DNA of 63,951 bases, counting the filler, from Dicyema japonicum (taxonomy: Eukaryota; Animalia; Dicyemida), in NCBI GenBank assembly GCA_011109175.1. It is 7 parts of 7 records of this genome, joined end to end, with 100 filler letters (N's around TTAATTAATTAA, not from the genome) between each part and the next. Parts side by side here need not be neighbours in the genome. Positions count along the whole stretch, not along the records: positions 1 to 25,957 come from RDEW01000011.1; 6 more parts are not named here. The stretch is one strand, 5' to 3'. How positions within the stretch are numbered: the first letter of the stretch is position 1; each line of letters opens with the position of its first letter. The notes under the pieces were generated by a model. It made no database searches. It had not been told where the DNA came from and worked only from the letters and a program-made list of their open reading frames with translations. This document shows positions 12,084-23,914 of the stretch, piece after piece. A program made the translations under genes and the position numbers.

Positions 12084-13391
12084 TATATAATAATAAAATA
12101 GACCATTAGTCGATTGTATGACAAAATTTGAATAATTTCAACTGGTTCTCCATATGGGGATTCAAATCTGTTTAACTTAAGTGAAGGATTTGTCCCATAA
12201 TCCTTAAAAACTCGAACCTATCAATTATTCACTAAACATACTTTATTCCCAATCGAAAAATCGTATTTCGATTGATGAACATTCATTTTTTTATTCATCC
12301 GTTTAAAATACGATGAATTTAAATTCGGTGGAGAAAAAGTCAATACAAAATTATTAGGATCCAAGTTTTCTAGCATACTTTATACAAAATTTACCTGAAA
12401 CATCTGAAATATTTTCTACATCCAAATCCTCAGATGATAGTCGATAAAAATTATCCAAACTTTCACTTTCTTAAAAATTAAAAAAAATTCTAAAAAACTT
12501 TTATACTCATGAATCACGGTGTTTATTCCAGAAACTCCTCTTAGTTTTTTAATAGTGTTTCGTTTATGGACGAATGAATGGTTGTGTTATATATAAAAAG
12601 TGATTCTTTTAATAAATTGAATCCAGTTTTTTGTTGATTCTTCGCACATCAGCTTTGAAAGATTTCGTGTCAAAGTTTGATTAACCCTTTCCACGATACC
12701 CTGAAACAGATAAATATTGTATCATTACTTGTGATTGAGGATGATTTGGTCTTCCATAAATATGTTTGATTTTGTTTTTAAGGCAGAAAGAATCGAGATA
12801 CTCATTTATCAACTCCGTTAGATTATCTGTTTGTAGAATCTTACAAAAGCCGATTTCAAAACCAATTTTTTTGAATGCTTCAAAAATATCTAAATTCCAA
12901 TATCAGATTTAAATATACCTATTGCAGATTTATTTTTTACTCCTTTACAAACATCAATGACGGTGAACATCCATTTTTAGCCATCATTTGAGTCGTTAAA
13001 TTTTTTAGCGTCTATAAGGTCTGCTCGGAATCGTTCATTTGGTCTTTTGGCAATCACATGGAATTTAGAATCGGAAACCTGCTATTAATTTTTTATTTTA
13101 TACTTTAAGTAGAATAGAAAACATGCAAATTGAGCATTCTTTGACAACTCGTTCTATAATTTTCCGCTGTATAGTAAAATCAGAGTGTAAACATTACTGT
13201 TGCAGTTTACGAATTCCAGAATGGCTATTCCGATGAATAGAATCCGCAATAGTTTGCATTTCACTCTGATTATCTATGCAAATAACTAATTTGTGCTTTT
13301 GAAATCTTTCGTCTTTCAGGTGTTAGCGGTCATCAATAACAATAAATTTGGTAGATTTTTTCGTTAATTTATATTTTATCTGCCTTGAGGA

Positions 13392-14615
13392 CAGGGTTGT
13401 TAAAAATCATGATTTTTATTAAAAAAATCAAAAAAATCAGATTTTTTTGATTTAAACATGATTTTTTTGATTTAAATCAGATTTTTATTCATTTTTGTCT
13501 AAACCAACAGCAATTGGTTTGATCAGCCGCAAATATTCTTCAACACGACGTTTTAGACAAATATTTTGGACTTTGGAAGTAATATCTGTATCAAAATCGG
13601 ATATGTGTTCTTCACAAATTCTCAAAATTAACGTCAGCTACTTCTACATCTTCTTTAACGTCAGCTACTTCTACATCTTTTGAAGGTTGAGATAATGTGC
13701 CGAGCAACCATATGTAATAATTTCACTGTCATCTTGCATCACTATCCGCCTCATTTTAGCCATGTTTCCAGCATTGTCCGTCACAAGACTCCCGATTTTA
13801 CATCCAAACCGTTCTCGGCAGACTGTGTCCAGAGGTGTCCACAGTGTCAATTAGATAGCTTTCTCCATCCGATGTTTCAACCGAAACACAAATAACAGGT
13901 TCATTATGAATGTTACTCCACCCATCCAGCATCATAGACACTGTTTGTCCTGGAGTCTTTGTCGACAGTCCTCATGTAGTTGGTCGTACACTCGATCGAG
14001 CAATGGACCACCAATTTGATGACGAGAAGGTAAACGATAGCCAGGAAGAAGCATTTGGACAAATTGAACAAATTCGAGATGTACTACAGCAGCAAAAGAA
14101 GTGTTAGTGGAATATACGTATCTAGCGAGTTGCATATCTATCAAATTTTTTTCCGATAACGTCATCGTAGTAACGAAATTGATTAATGATTGGTCCCTCA
14201 TCCTCAGGGGCAACTCACTGATTAAACCACTTTCAACTTTCGACGGATTTTCAGGGATATCAAAATTAGTTCGGCATAACAAATAATGCTGCCTCATCCT
14301 CAGGGGCAACTCGCTGATTAAACCACTTTCAACTTTCGACGGATTTTCAGGGATATCAAAATTAGTTCGGCATAACAAATAATGCTGCCTCATCCGAGAT
14401 ACGAGACCTTGTACCTCCTTCCCGCAATTACGGCATCTGGCTCGACTGACAGTCTTTCCAGGAATAATATGTTTATCGAAATGAACCCACCTACCAGACA
14501 TTTAATCAATTTAAACAATTTCTACCAACAATGATTTTTTTGATTTTTTTTAATGATTTAAATCACCGATTTTTTTTGTTGATCAAAATCAAATGATTTA
14601 AATCAAACAACCCTG
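13392..14615 (-). mobile_element. hAT transposon (BED-finger transposase), internally deleted
   Basis: TIR CAGGGTTGTT at both ends; perfect 8-bp TSD CTTGAGGA (13384-13391, 14616-14623); WVHF...CRNC...MRQHYLLC BED finger; MMLDGWSN first catalytic Asp in a shifted frame; GATTTAAATC subterminal repeats. Confidence 0.92.
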
Positions 14616-14704
14616 CTTGAGGATGTCTGTACAGGTTCGCCATTTAAGATACTCACTATAGATTGATATTCTGCGATATTTATCACAAAACATATTATTA
14701 TATA

Positions 14705-15250
14705 CAGTGACTCCTCTGAAATTGGCCACCTCTGAAATTAGCCACCTCTGAAATTGACCACACTTATAAAATTATCTTAAGAAAAATTCGAATTTCCATT
14801 GAAATTGGCCAATTCTCAAATTGACCATAAATTTTAAAATATATTTTATATAATTTGCAAATTAATAAAATTTCAGTTATTTTTTTAGTACATGTCTTCT
14901 AACAATTCTCGTGGTAGTTATACTCGTCTCACTTTTTATCAAAAAATACAGATTTTAACTTATAAAAATCAAAATGAAGATGTTTCATGTCAGTATTTGG
15001 CTGATAGATTTTCCCATTTGTGTAAAAAGAAGATTTCCAGAAAAACAATTAATAATATTATTTTGAAAAAAGATTTTTTTCTCAAAGAGTATAAAAAACA
15101 AAATCTATCTTCAAAAAATGCGCATAGACTCAAGTTCCCACAGCTTGATGGTATGTTAGTTGAATGGATGGATTCGATTGAGTCCAAAGGTAATTTGTAC
15201 TAATTTATGATTAAGGTGGCTTTCTTAATGATGCTTTAATTTCAAGTTAG
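14705..15250 (+). mobile_element. pogo/Tigger 5' fragment with a micro-intron in the transposase
   Basis: TA|CAGTGACTCCTCTGAAATTGGCCAC with internal repeats; RLTFYQKIQIL HTH and KFPQLDGMLVEW CENP-B HTH; 26-nt intron 15190-15215. Confidence 0.8.
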
Positions 15251-15289
15251 GAACCATTCTCCGAGTTTTTCGGGTGCAATCTCCAGTAA

Positions 15290-15812
15290 TTTGAAAAGCG
15301 CGGATTTGTCGACCGACACAAAGTCGACGTCGTCGGGGTAAATTACCTCGGTTTCCGATACCGAACTAAGGAAGCTTGACTCCTTTCACAGAAAACAGCT
15401 TCGTGTCTTAAATGGCCTACATTGGCCTAAGAAAATCAACAACTCATCGCTCTACAGGCTCAGCAACTCGGCACCAATCAGCCGTGACATCATAGACGGC
15501 CGCTGGAGGCTATTCGGGCACATCCTAAGAATGGATCCAACTGCACCTGCCTACCAGGCCATGGAAGAATACTTTCTGTCAGATGAATCAAAATTTCGTG
15601 GACGACCCCGAAAAACATTGCCGGCTGTTCTGCAACATGATCTGATCTACGTGGAGAAAACCCTAAACAACTGTGATGATCTGGACGACCTCCGCAAACA
15701 GGCTCAAAACCGCGGAAGGTGGAAAACGATAGTTAAGAAGGTCGTATCGTGTGTGGCACGTGTGGGAATATGACTTTTGTTCATGTTCCTACGGGATGTG
15801 CTATAATAATAA
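15290..15812 (+). mobile_element. RTE-clade LINE 3' fragment
   Basis: LDSFHRKQLR, RWRLFGHILRM, FRGRPRKTLP; short TAA-repeat tail. Confidence 0.85.
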
Positions 15813-16407
15813 ATCTGTTTCCTTCACTAATTTTTTGATTTTATTCCTTTAATCTCTTTTTTGACATCACTTTTTGTTTCACGCTCCTTTTCGGGTTTCT
15901 TCCCAGAACCGATCTCACAATAACGACCCGAATGCGAATTTTCGAATGATCGATTTTGCCATTTTATGATTTCACCCATCTTTCATGCTAAAATGACTTG
16001 CTTCAAGCTTAAAACTTAGTCCTGAACTTCTGCAGTGTCGGAGGATAACTATCGTTTATTTATAATGTCACCAGATACTCCAGAGAATAGATACTTTCAA
16101 AATGTCATTTATTTAAAATCTGTCCATATAAAAAATATCTAAACATATGTTTGTGTAGGCAGTTTTGCGTGCATCGGATATTTCTAAGTCTTTCTCTTAT
16201 GCCATCATTTGTTCAATATCCATATCTGTTATAGGATTCGGATATTGACAGCACATAAAAATATAAATCTGAATTGGTTACATTTTATTGGCAGACACGG
16301 GTTTTTCATATTTTAGTATCAATTTGTGACTCTCGTGTAGAATCAAACTAATTGGGTCATGTCTCCATTTATAATTTTAAGTATTCGATTGACTTTTTAA
16401 AGTGAAC

Positions 16408-16990
16408 TTATTATTATTATCCTTTGCACTATCATAGGAACATAATGTAAAGAAAAACTAATCAAGTTCCCACATATGCCAGACTGTTGTCTTGATCATA
16501 TTTTTCCAGGATGCGAGGTTGCGTGCTATACTCCTAAGAGTATCAAGGTCGTCTCAATTTTTTTAGCTGTCTTTTAATGCGTTGAAGGTCTTTTGAGATA
16601 ACAATAGGTAGTGTTGTTCGTGGACGTCCTCGGAACGCCGATTTGTCGCTTTTGTAATATGATTCCATTGCCCAGTTCCCAGTTAACATAAGCATCTGGT
16701 CAAGTCTTAGTATGTGCCCGAATAGGCGCCAACGAGCCTCGGTAATGTCCATGTTGACGGGTCTACTGTTGCAGATATGGTATAAAGTGGAGTTCTTGAT
16801 TTTCTTCGGCCAGTTAATGCCGATAAGGAGTCTTAAATGTCTTCTGTGGAACGCATCGAGGGATTTTAGTTCAGAACCATGTTCCTCCGTTGTACAGAAG
16901 TATGGGCTTAATAAAAGCATTGTATAGCTTGACATGTAAGGCTGTTTCAACCTTGCGGGTTCGTAGTCATGTGATTTGCAGATCGTTAAG
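16408..16990 (-). mobile_element. RTE-clade LINE 3' fragment
   Basis: LDAFHRRHLR, RWRLFGHILR, FRGRPRTTLP; (TTA)n at about 16408-16420. Confidence 0.85.
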
Positions 16991-17310
16991 TGCAACAGTC
17001 GACAGCATCTTTCTTCTCATAATGTCTTCGTTTCGAATACTCAAGAAATACCTGAGAAATTGATGGACTCCTTCGAAGTGAAAATATCAAAGATGAACAA
17101 GTCGAAAACATCAAACAAATATTCGTAGTTGAGTGAGATGATGTAAGTATCAAATTATGGATGACATTGAGAAAAAGATTGGGAGTCACTTCAAAGATGT
17201 TGAAATATCCAGAAAATTGTTATTTATAATATTTTATAAAATATGATTTTTTTAATTTTACGTTGGCTACCTAAATTATGATAATTAAATAAAGGATTAT
17301 AAATATTAAA

Positions 17311-18862
17311 ATGAGATTTTTTTTGCCCTATATATTATTGTGTCACCAAGTGGCATCTGAAATTAAAATCAAAATCAAAACGGTCGATTCGAAACTTGTA
17401 GAAAACTATCATATTGGATGGTTCAATACATATGTAACAAATTGTATTCATGATTGCAGGTCAATCACTTTGATCCCTACAACATGGATAAATTCTCTAT
17501 GAAATACATATATTCTTCAAAGTATCATAAACCAGGTGGTCCAGTCCTTTTTTATCCCGGAAACAAAGACCGAATTGAAAAATTCGCAGAGAACTTAGTC
17601 ATTTTTTCCATTTATTTAAATAGGAATTTGTATGGAATGCTGCAGCCGAACTAAACGCATTTATCATATTTGCTGAACATCGATATTACGGAGAGTCAAT
17701 TCCAAAAAATATCAATCATGTTAAATACAATTATAATGTTTAGAATAAACAATTTCCCTATTTGTCATCTCAACAAGCGATTGAAGATTACATTGGAATG
17801 ATTTATGAATTATTTCCCGACGAGAAGGTCATAGCCATTGGCGGAGGATATGCAGGGATCTTGGCGGTTCGAATGAGGATGAAATCTCCCGCAAAAATCA
17901 CTGGGTTGACCTCATACTCTAAAATAGTGCGTTTGCCTCATCTGCTCCAATCATGATGTTCAACGGACACGCAGACTGTAGTTCTCCCTTTGAAATCGTC
18001 ACCGAAGTTTTCCGAAAAGCCAATCCAAACTCGGTTGAAAATATTAGAAATGTTTTCAAACTCGTCCAAATTGATTACCTCAGTCTAATCTAAGTCAACC
18101 TAGTTTAGAACATCAAACAAATACACTTTCTAAACTTGGAATTTGCAATTTTTACAATTTTCCTATGGCTTATTTGAATATACAAAAAGTATTTTTAGTG
18201 GCGGCAATGGCTAATTACAAAACTTCTTCGACACTTTTTAAGAATTTACCAGCCCGTCCACTTGATGTATAGTTTGTATTGAGAATTTTTAGAAAATCTC
18301 AGATTTTTTCTCAACTCCAAACATGGAAAAAAATGAATTGGTCTCAGCCTTATATAAAACTCTGAAATTTTATTTTCAAAATGATAGCCAAACGGAATGT
18401 ATTAACATAACCAAAATATCTGACTCTTCGTTTACAACCGAGGAAAATTTTCAGGTTTTTTTAAATAAAAAAATATTTTAGTTTTGCACTGAGATGCCTT
18501 ATCATTTATGTTCGCGAGAAAGTTCAAAAAACATGTTTCTCGAAATGGATTTCGACATTAATGACATAGAGAAGGCCTGTTGGGATAATTTCAGAGTAAT
18601 TCCAAAAAGGAAGCTCAATACTATAAATGCAAATATCGTGGATTTGTCTTCATTTAAGAATATTATATTCAGCAATGGAGAATTTGACCCCTTTAATGGA
18701 GGATGCTATCACAACACTGCTAACAAGGAGATTACTGTCATTGAAATCTCAGGAGCTGCTCATCAATCTGACTTAAGGAAGCCGTCAGCATATTTGGACA
18801 GCATAAGTCTGAAATCTGCAAGGAATCAGACGATCAAAATAATTAAATCTTGGCTCTACTAA
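17311..18862 (+). CDS. PRCP: Peptidase family S28 (lysosomal Pro-X carboxypeptidase/DPP7-like) homologue, 8 exons, predicted catalytically inactive
   Basis: Seven GT-AG introns (17434-17459, 17598-17623, 17720-17743, 17905-17927, 18083-18108, 18267-18292, 18455-18481) give one stop-free frame with VNHF, PVLFYPGN, AEHRYYGES, YLSSQQAIED, ASSAPI, FCTEM, NIIFSNGEFDP, GAAHQSDLR. Confidence 0.9.
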
Positions 18863-19089
18863 AAGTCAATTACTAATTTTAATTAATTGGTTAATTTTTC
18901 TTTACTAAAAACAATAAGACAATTTTTCATTGGCGGAACAATTTCAATGATTATTAACCTACTAACATATAGTAGGAAATAGATTGTATATTTTATAGCA
19001 GTTTTCACCTTTTCAAACATTTTTTATATGGCCATTAGTTTTGTCCTATACTCAAGCGAGTTTTTCCCTATTTTTGGGACCGACGAAAA

Positions 19090-19455
19090 CATTTCAACAT
19101 TGGAAAATATGTTACCTACACCCATTCCAATAAGGCATGGATGAACCGTGAAATTTTTAACAAGTGGCTCAGTGATTTTGATTGTGAACTTGCGAAGAAA
19201 AAAACAAAAATTCTACTTGCAATAGATCAATGCCCATCTCATCAAATTATTGTCACGTTAAACTCTATTGAAATTCTTTTTTTGCCTCCTAGAACTTCCT
19301 CGGTCTTGCAACCAATGGATCAAGGAATTATAAAATGCTTTAAAGCCGAATTTACCAATTTGAAAATAAATGATATAATCGAAAAGGTTGAGGCGGGGGG
19401 AAATTGTCAGAATGCAATTAATGCAATTACCCTTAAAACTGCTGCGACATTAACA
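19090..19455 (+). mobile_element. pogo/Tigger transposase DDE fragment
   Basis: KAWMNREIF, ILLAIDQCPSH, LPPRTSSVLQPMDQGIIKCFK. Confidence 0.88.
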
Positions 19456-19880
19456 NNNNNNNNNNNNNNNNNNNNNNNNNNNNNNNNNNNNNNNNNNNNN
19501 NNNNNNNNNNNNNNNNNNNNNNNNNNNNNNNNNNNNNNNNNNNNNNNNNNNNNNNNNNNNNNNNNNNNNNNNNNNNNNNNNNNNNNNNNNNNNNNNNNNN
19601 NNNNNNNNNNNNNNNNNNNNNNNNNNNNNNNNNNNNNNNNNNNNNNNNNNNNNNNNNNNNNNNNNNNNNNNNNNNNNNNNNNNNNNNNNNNNNNNNNNNN
19701 NNNNNNNNNNNNNNNNNNNNNNNNNNNNNNNNNNNNNNNNNNNNNNNNNNNNNNNNNNNNNNNNNNNNNNNNNNNNNNNNNNNNNNNNNNNNNNNNNNNN
19801 NNNNNNNNNNNNNNNNNNNNNNNNNNNNNNNNNNNNNNNNNNNNNNNNNNNNNNNNNNNNNNNNNNNNNNNNNNNNNNNN

Positions 19881-20110
19881 TGGGGTAACCGGCCCTCTTA
19901 CGACTTCTTTCATCAGAGAAGTCGGAGGAAAAGTTGCTAGGCGACGTGGGGAGCCTCGAGAAGTGTCATGGTTGTTCCAACAAATTGGAATAGCTGTCGT
20001 TCGCGGCAATGCACACTCCATCATGCGTGCAACCGCAAGTTAATTAATTAGTATCTCTGTTTCTATATCGATTTAAATAATAATGGATTTTCTCCTTAAA
20101 AAAAAAAATA
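19881..20110 (+). mobile_element. CRE-like non-LTR 3' end with poly(A)
   Basis: WLFQQIGIAVVRGNA; duplicate of 4633-4866. Confidence 0.7.
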
Positions 20111-21546
20111 AAATAAAATAAAATAAAAAGAAATATTTAATCTATATTGTAAGTTCATGTTTCAACTATAGAATATTATTTAAATTGCCTTTCGAATCCG
20201 CCGATTTTGGGACCGACCAAAAAATCGGCGGATTCGAGAGGTTTTAAATAAAATAAAAAGAAATATTTAATCTATATTGTAAGTTCATGTTTCAACTATA
20301 GAATATTATTTAAATTGCCTTTCGAATCCGCCGATTTTGGGACCGACCAAAAAATCGGCGGATTCGAGAGGTTTTACTGTATTTAAAATTTCTATTCAAA
20401 ATCGAACGCCCCAAATTAAAAATCCATCGCCCCATCTCATAAAATTCATCGCTTCATTTGGGCGATATCGCCCACGTTGAGAACCACTGCTCTAGAGTTA
20501 AGCGATTTTGAGAGGATGGATTCATTTTTTCATTGACGAGTCAACAAAATTAATTACATATCGTCCGTCATTAAGACATTTATGAACACGTAAATAGTTC
20601 ATACATCACATCGAGTTACGGACTCGTACATATGATAGGGCAAGAGTCCACAGTCAAATGAGAGTGAGATGTGGTAAATATGGACTGTTTCGTCAGCAAA
20701 TTCCGGTCTTTTTTCCCCTTATTCCGTATGATCCTGTACGAACATAATTCTGAATAAGGGGAATTAGAGTTTTCTTTTTAACAAACTTGGAGCTATGTCT
20801 AGAACTGATTCTTCCAATTCATTAATTTTTTTACTACTTCGTCTACAACAGTGGTTCTCGACCTTTTTTAGACTGGGGATCACTTTTGCACTATAAAATT
20901 TTGTAGGGACCACCTTAAATAATGCGATTATCTTGTTCATTCAATTCGATAACTCTTTGAGATAGTTAGACAAAATCACCACCAAAACTACCAAAAAAAC
21001 CAGACATGGTGGTCTACTGATGAAGAATTAATATAATGTGTTAGATATCTTATTCTCCAGAATGAAAAAAGGAGGGGCGGGCCAGTGCATGGAGTTTTGT
21101 ACGCATTCAGTCTTCTATTGATGACACCCCTCCAATAGTAGAAAACGACTAATCGACAATAATACACAACCCAGTCCACTATCAAGTCATATTATCCAAT
21201 AAATAAACCTTTTTCCCTCTAGGGCAGGGGCCACCAAACTTTTTGCACTCGCGGGCCGGAGCACGTGCATAGGATTATAATTTTACTAGAAATTCATAAG
21301 TGTGTTTTTTCACTAAAAACTAATTTAAACAAAAATAAAGTCAAACACTCACTCAAAAATTATTGATTATATTCTGAAATTCGCCATTTTATCAAATTCG
21401 CCGCAAAAATGACGGAACCAAATATGGCGAATTTGGGAGTATTCACTGTACTAACTTTGTTGCTATTTAAAAAGCTCATTACACTGAAGACCATTGAGTG
21501 AAGAGCAATGAGGATTACTACGAAGAAAAGTCCGATTTACTGATTA

Positions 21547-22652
21547 CAGTCCGACCTCTAATTGGGGCGCACCTCCAGGGGTGGGGCACCTCTTTTTTGG
21601 GGAAAACTCTGTTTTGGGGCATTATAAATTTTTTTAACCAAATTATAAAAAATCAATTAATTTTAACATCTCTATTTGGGGCATTGATTTTTTATTAAAT
21701 AAAATTAATTATACCAATTTAAAAAATAAATATTTTAAGACACGTTTCATTTCAAATTTCTTGTGTAATGCCTTTGAATTATGAAACCAAGTTGAAGATT
21801 GCTGATCATCTTTTAAAGAAAGAACATTCTGAGAGGAGATTATCCATAATGTACAATACTAGCAAGGGAACTATTTTTCGTATAAAAAAGAATATTCTTC
21901 CATTTATCAAAAAAGGATTTCTTTCCTCATCATTAAGTGAAAATAAAAACGGATTTGATGAAAAAGTCCTTGATATTTTTCAGCGTCTAAGGGATCAGAA
22001 TGTTCCAGTTTCTGGAACTCTTTTAAAAAAAATTTCCCTAACTGTTTCTTCGAGAATGGGCTTAAACAAGTTTAAAGCTTCAAATGGATGGTTAGAAAAA
22101 TTCAAGCAGAGGCATGAATTAAAATTCCGAACATTGTCAGGCGAATCCGCATCTGCTGATCATGCGATAATTTTGAATTTTTTATCAGAATTAAATATCA
22201 AAGTTGAACAATATGGAAAGGAGAAAGGTTTTTTATGTTTTCAAGACGACCAGGAAAAGGTTTTTGACAATCTCCATCAGACTCGAGTTGCATAAATGAA
22301 TCATCTGAAGAAATATTTAATAATGTTATTGATGAATGTTTTGATGAAATAGAAGATAATGATCCAAATATCTATGAGAATATAAGCTGCGAACCATCAA
22401 TATCACAAATTTTAAGTTTGATGGAAAACTTAGAGACAAACATCTTTGATTTGATTCCAGATTCTCTTCATGATTTTTATGAATTCAGAAAGAAAGTGTC
22501 GTTAGGAATTAAAAATAAATATGGAGAAAAATTAACTGATTATTTTAAAAAATAATGTTCTTTTTCTTTATTTATTGAGCTTTTTGAAAAACCTCTTTTT
22601 TGGGGAAACCTCTGATTTGAGGCACTTAGTGCCCCATTTAGAGGTCGGACTG
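21547..22652 (+). mobile_element. pogo/Tigger element, internally deleted; intact 175-aa DNA-binding ORF 21768-22295
   Basis: TIR CAGTCCGACCTCTAA with TA TSD; CENP-B HTH motif; no DDE. Confidence 0.9.
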
Positions 22653-22809
22653 TATATCAATAATCTGATAGCAAGAAACATAGTCCTCAATAACCAATCC
22701 ACATTAAATAAAATATGTAGATTCCGACTATGACTTATCCAAAACGGACAACGAAAAATGAATTAATTGAACGTGGCAAAACACTTGTGAGGCATATCTA
22801 AGTTGTATG

Positions 22810-23880
22810 GTCTTATACTACTGCGTGTATTTTTACCAGGGGCCTGGGTCTCTGAGCTGGTGACTTTCTTACTTTGATTTTGAGGTAAGAAGATTTGTCC
22901 ATAGCTAGCGAGAGCCGCTTACTGACGCACCACTCCTTTATCACCTCAATGTAATTGGAAAGCCGTTTTTCCGAGGCTTTTGTGTTTTTTGAGGTGTCCA
23001 GGACGAGAATATTGTCAGTGTATAGGAGGAAGGTTGTGCGGGGGTCGGAGGGTGACGGGAAACTGCTCATTACCAAGTAAAATAGAAGTGGACTGAGACA
23101 GGACCCTTATGAGAGATGTCTAGGCATATGAGAGATAGAGTTTCTTTAAACTCCATTGCTCTCGAGATTATGAACTGGACCGTCAGGAAGCAGTCACTGC
23201 AGCTCCGCCCAGAGCGGAAACCCCATTGCTGTGGAAGCAGCACGTTCTTCTCCTCGGCGAGGAAGTCGAAGCGCTTGGCCATGATTTTTTCCATCAGCCT
23301 TGAGATGGTTGGGATTAGGCTTATGGGACGGAAGCTGCTAGCCAGATTCACCGGCTTCGCAGGCTTCTTGACCATCCGGACCTCGGAAATTTTCCATCCT
23401 TTTGGCACGTGGCCCCATTTCAGACTTGCCGAGAACAGGCGCGCCAGGAACGCGTGTAAGTCTTCGGAGGCTTCTTTGAACAGCCGCATAGGTAGCTTGT
23501 CGTAGCCCGGTGCGTTGTCTCTTGCCGAACGGATAGCCCAGGTCACATCCGCGGTCGTGGTCGGATGGTGGTCCGACGACAATAAACGCGGCAGCTATTT
23601 CGACTCGTAACCTTGCAGCGTTCCTGGATACGCCTCTTGGGTTTTGGCCAGGTGTTCCGTGAATATGTTTGGAATCTCCTCATGCGAGGCAGGCATGCGG
23701 GATTGATTGCACAACCTCGGTGGAGATGATTTTCCTATGAGGTTTGTCACTTTACTGTCCAAATTTAGGTTTGTGTGATCAAGATATTTGCAAGCCTTCT
23801 GCCATTTCCTGGCTTCTTTATCGTGTGATTTAGTTTTCCTCCAATTGCAGAGATCATATCTTTAATCATGGCGCGGTCGG
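22810..23880 (-). mobile_element. Jockey/I-group non-LTR RT fragment
   Basis: APGYDKL, PKGWK, FRPISLIPTISRLMEKI, QWGFRSGRS, YTDN (degenerate YADD). Confidence 0.8.
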
Positions 23881-23914
23881 TGCTTCTAATTTTTATGAGT
23901 TTTTCTAATTTTTA

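Larger units (their letters stand above)
11493..14700 (-). mobile_element. Ginger-type (retroviral-like integrase) DNA transposon relic with micro-introns, interrupted by Tc1 and hAT insertions
   Basis: Spliced minus strand gives HHCC finger (IHRNSHSG...KECSIC), ADLIDA, FTVIDV, ILQTDN, GRPNHPQSQ|GIVERVNQTL, YNTTIHSS and a GPY/F-like C-terminus (FSIGNK|VRVFKD...GEPVEIIQILSYNRLM|IKTLSGK). Candidate TGT terminus at 11493. No RT or LTR nearby; several in-frame stops. Confidence 0.8.

Noticed and set aside
12530-13300. Integrase as part of an LTR retrotransposon
   Set aside because: No RT, RNase H, gag or LTRs, and multiple introns are incompatible with retrotransposition.
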